In this document: positions 61,655 through 64,000 of the stretch, in pieces | Layout of the letters: each line of letters starts with the position of its first letter | Position numbering within the stretch: position 1 is the first letter of the stretch | NCBI GenBank assembly: GCA_951804945.1 | Contig: OX638164.1 | Location: 22,444,001-22,508,000, forward strand | Length of the DNA: 64,000 nucleotides | Reading direction: 5' to 3' | DNA from: Podarcis cretensis | Taxonomy: Eukaryota | Made by a program: the position numbers and the translations under genes | Notes under the pieces: model-generated | What the model was told of the DNA's origin: nothing | Seen by the model: the letters and a program-made list of their open reading frames with translations, nothing else | Database searches by the model: none

Positions 61655-62013
61655 GAATGATGCATGGCATGAAGAAAGTGGAGACAAGAAGCGTTCCTCC
61701 CTCTTTTTAGGACACCAGAACTCATGGACATTCAATGAAAATCAAGATTAAGGGCTGGCAAAAGGAAAGTACAGTGGTACCTCGGGTTACAGACGCTTCA
61801 GGTTACAGACTCTGCTAACCCAGAAATAGTACCTCGGGTTAAGAACTTTGCTTCAGGATGAGAACAGAAATCGAGCAGCAGTGGCAGCAGCGGGAGGCCC
61901 CATTAAGCTAAAGTGGTGCTTCAGGTTAAGAACAGTTTCAGGTTAAGAACGGACCTCCAGAACGAATTAAGTTCTTAACCCGAGGTACCACTGTACTTTA
62001 TGCAGCGCACAGT

Positions 62014-62061
<48 letters not shown>

Positions 62062-62572
62062 TTATTATTTATACCCCGCCCATCTGGCTGGGCCTCCCCA
62101 GCCACTCTGGGCGGCTTCCATAGAAACCAAAAATACAGTAAAATATCACACGTTAAAAACTTCCCTGAACAGGGCTGCCTTAAGATGTCTTCTGAATGTC
62201 AGGTAGTTGTTTATCGCTTTGACATCTGCTGGAAGGGCGTTCCACAGGGCGGGCGCCACTACCGAGAAGTTAAAAGTGTGGAGTTCCCTCCCTGAAGATG
62301 CAGTGTGAACCACCAACTTGAGTGGCTTCTAAAAGGGTTAGACAACATCATGGAGGATAAGGCTATAAATGACTACCAACTCTGATGGCTATACTGTGCC
62401 TTTGCAGTTGGAGGCAGTGATGGTTCTGAATACCGGTTGCTGGAAAGAGGGGAGAGGGCTCTTGTCTTTAAATCCTGCTTCCAGGTTTCTCACAGTCATC
62501 CAGTTGGCCACTGTGAGAACAGGATGCTGGACTAGATGGGCCCCTGGCCTGATTCAGCTTCTTACGTTCTTA
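61655..62572 (+). mobile_element. CR1-type 3' fragment interrupted by a Tigger MITE and an L2 piece (62015-62268, minus strand)
   Basis: CR1 is continuous across aaagta|cttt and cagtta|aaagtgtgg. Confidence 0.8.
61772..61993. mobile_element. Tigger/pogo-type MITE, full length
   Basis: Same TIRs as 51102; TA TSD. Confidence 0.93.
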
Positions 62573-62729
62573 TAAGGGAAATCTGCAAGCGCTCTAGTTG
62601 CAGCCAAATCACGCCCTGTGTCCCCTCCTGAAACAGTAGCTGTTCCCTCTTTAATCTAAGCACCAGGCAGTAGGAAAACATTCCTCATAAGATTGCAGAT
62701 TTTAAAAGTCTGAGACCAGGACCTCTATA

Positions 62730-63130
62730 TAATAACAACAAAAATAATTTATTATTTATACCCTGCCCATCTGGCTGGGTTTCCCCAGCTACTCAGGGCG
62801 GCTCCCAACAGAATGTTAAAAACACAGTAAAACATCAAACAGTAAAAACTTCCCTAAACAGGGCTGCCTTCAGATGTCTTCTAAAAGTCAGATTGTTATT
62901 TGTTTCCTTGACATCTGATGGGAGGGGTTCCACAGGGCGGGTGCCACTACCAAGAAGGCCCTGTGCCTGGTTTCCTGTAACCTCATTTCTAGCAGTGAGG
63001 GAACCGCCAGAAGGTCCTCAGTGCTGGACCTCAGTGTCTGGGCTGAATGATGGGAGTGGAGAAGCTCCTTCAGGAATACTGGGCCGAGGCTGTTTAGTGC
63101 TTTAAAGGTCAGCACCAACACTTTTAATTG
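62730..63130 (-). mobile_element. L2 LINE 3' fragment
   Basis: ORF 62888-63121 VLTFKALNSLGP..RAFLVVAPALWN. Confidence 0.9.
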
Positions 63131-63236
63131 TGAATTCCTCTAAAGGACCCTCTTTCCCCACATTGATTTTTCAGCCTGTTCATTTAAAATTGTTTAGATC
63201 CTGCCTGGCCAATCGCTTAAAGCTGTTAACCTCAAG

Positions 63237-63663
63237 TAGGGATGGGGGAGAAATTCATGTCAGTTCACACTTAAAGGGGAAGTTACCTAGTCTGTTCTTT
63301 CTGAAACAAAATGGGAACCAAAACAGAGCCATCCTTTAAAAGTTGTCCTTTTCTGAATTTTGCAACGTAGTCATGCAATCAAGCAGTGTGTGCAAAATGC
63401 ATGTACTTGGCAAAGTGTGCATGAGAAAAATGCACATAGTAGTGAAAATAACATACAAAATACATTATAGGATGGGGAAATGCTTTGCAAGAATGTGCAT
63501 TGTGGGCAAAATTTAATGCAAGCATGAAAGTTGGGAGAAAGTCGCGTTCAATGACATTTTATATTTTTTTAAAATGAAAACTGATGTGGAAATATGGAGA
63601 ACTGAACTTCAGATCAGAAAAATGTGGAACCGAGAAACCAAAATTGACACCCATCCACGCCTA
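63237..63663 (+). mobile_element. Old hAT-like MITE (TAGGGATG terminus)
   Basis: Termini tagggatgg / ccacgccta; degenerate 8-bp TSD acctcaag / acttcaaa. Confidence 0.65.
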
Positions 63664-64000
63664 ACTTCAAATAAAGTATTAAAAGATGATGATGTTGTTG
63701 ATGATGATGATGAAAGATTGTGTTTGATGGTGGCTTTTTGCTAGCAGAAACAACCTATTCTCACATGAGTTAAGACATCCAGCTTTTACCAATCTCTCCT
63801 GCTTATTGCAGCCCCCTGGAAGCTTCAATGGGTGGTGATGGAGACTGCTGAAGACTGAATGCTTTGCCTTGCACCAGTGTATCACCCAATAGTGCAAAGC
63901 CCCCAATGGATGCAGCAGATTGGAGAGCCTGCGGCCCTCCATGTTTCATTGGACTTCAGCTCTCCATCTGTCATGGCTGCTTTTGTTGAGATCCCTGCAT

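Noticed and set aside
61123-61731. 202-aa minus-strand ORF (also 60072-60563 plus)
   Set aside because: No recognisable domain; each begins inside a repeat; no supporting splice signals.
1-64000. Endogenous non-retroviral virus, NUMT, miRNA or snoRNA
   Set aside because: None recognised by eye or in the ORF track; BLASTX and Infernal/Rfam searches would be needed to exclude them.

Overview
Vertebrate nuclear DNA. The repeat content (Sauria SINEs, Squam3-type SINEs, a tRNA-Lys/CR1 SINE, BovB, CR1, L2, L1, hAT/Tigger/Harbinger-type MITEs) points to a squamate, most likely a lacertid lizard; this is inference from recalled repeat families, not a database result. I recognise no host protein-coding exon. 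The only ORFs that resemble known proteins are decayed retrotransposon fragments (L1, BovB, CR1, L2, an RTEX-like LINE). The window reads as the intronic or 5' region of a large gene, probably on the + strand. It has several TE-poor, CNE-like islands (the largest is about 20.0-26.9 kb), five candidate + strand exons or splice donors, and CTCF, RFX and PBX-HOX/MEIS motifs. The best-supported structures are a nested TE stack at 5053-7292 (hAT > hAT > solo LTR with a 3x40-bp CCAAT array, TATA and poly(A) signal), an L1-type insertion with a probable twin-priming inversion, and a possible Penelope-L2 chimera. I found no evidence for a new multi-gene system; the most novel candidates are regulatory or TE-mechanistic hypotheses. 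Boundaries without a target-site duplication (TSD) are approximate.
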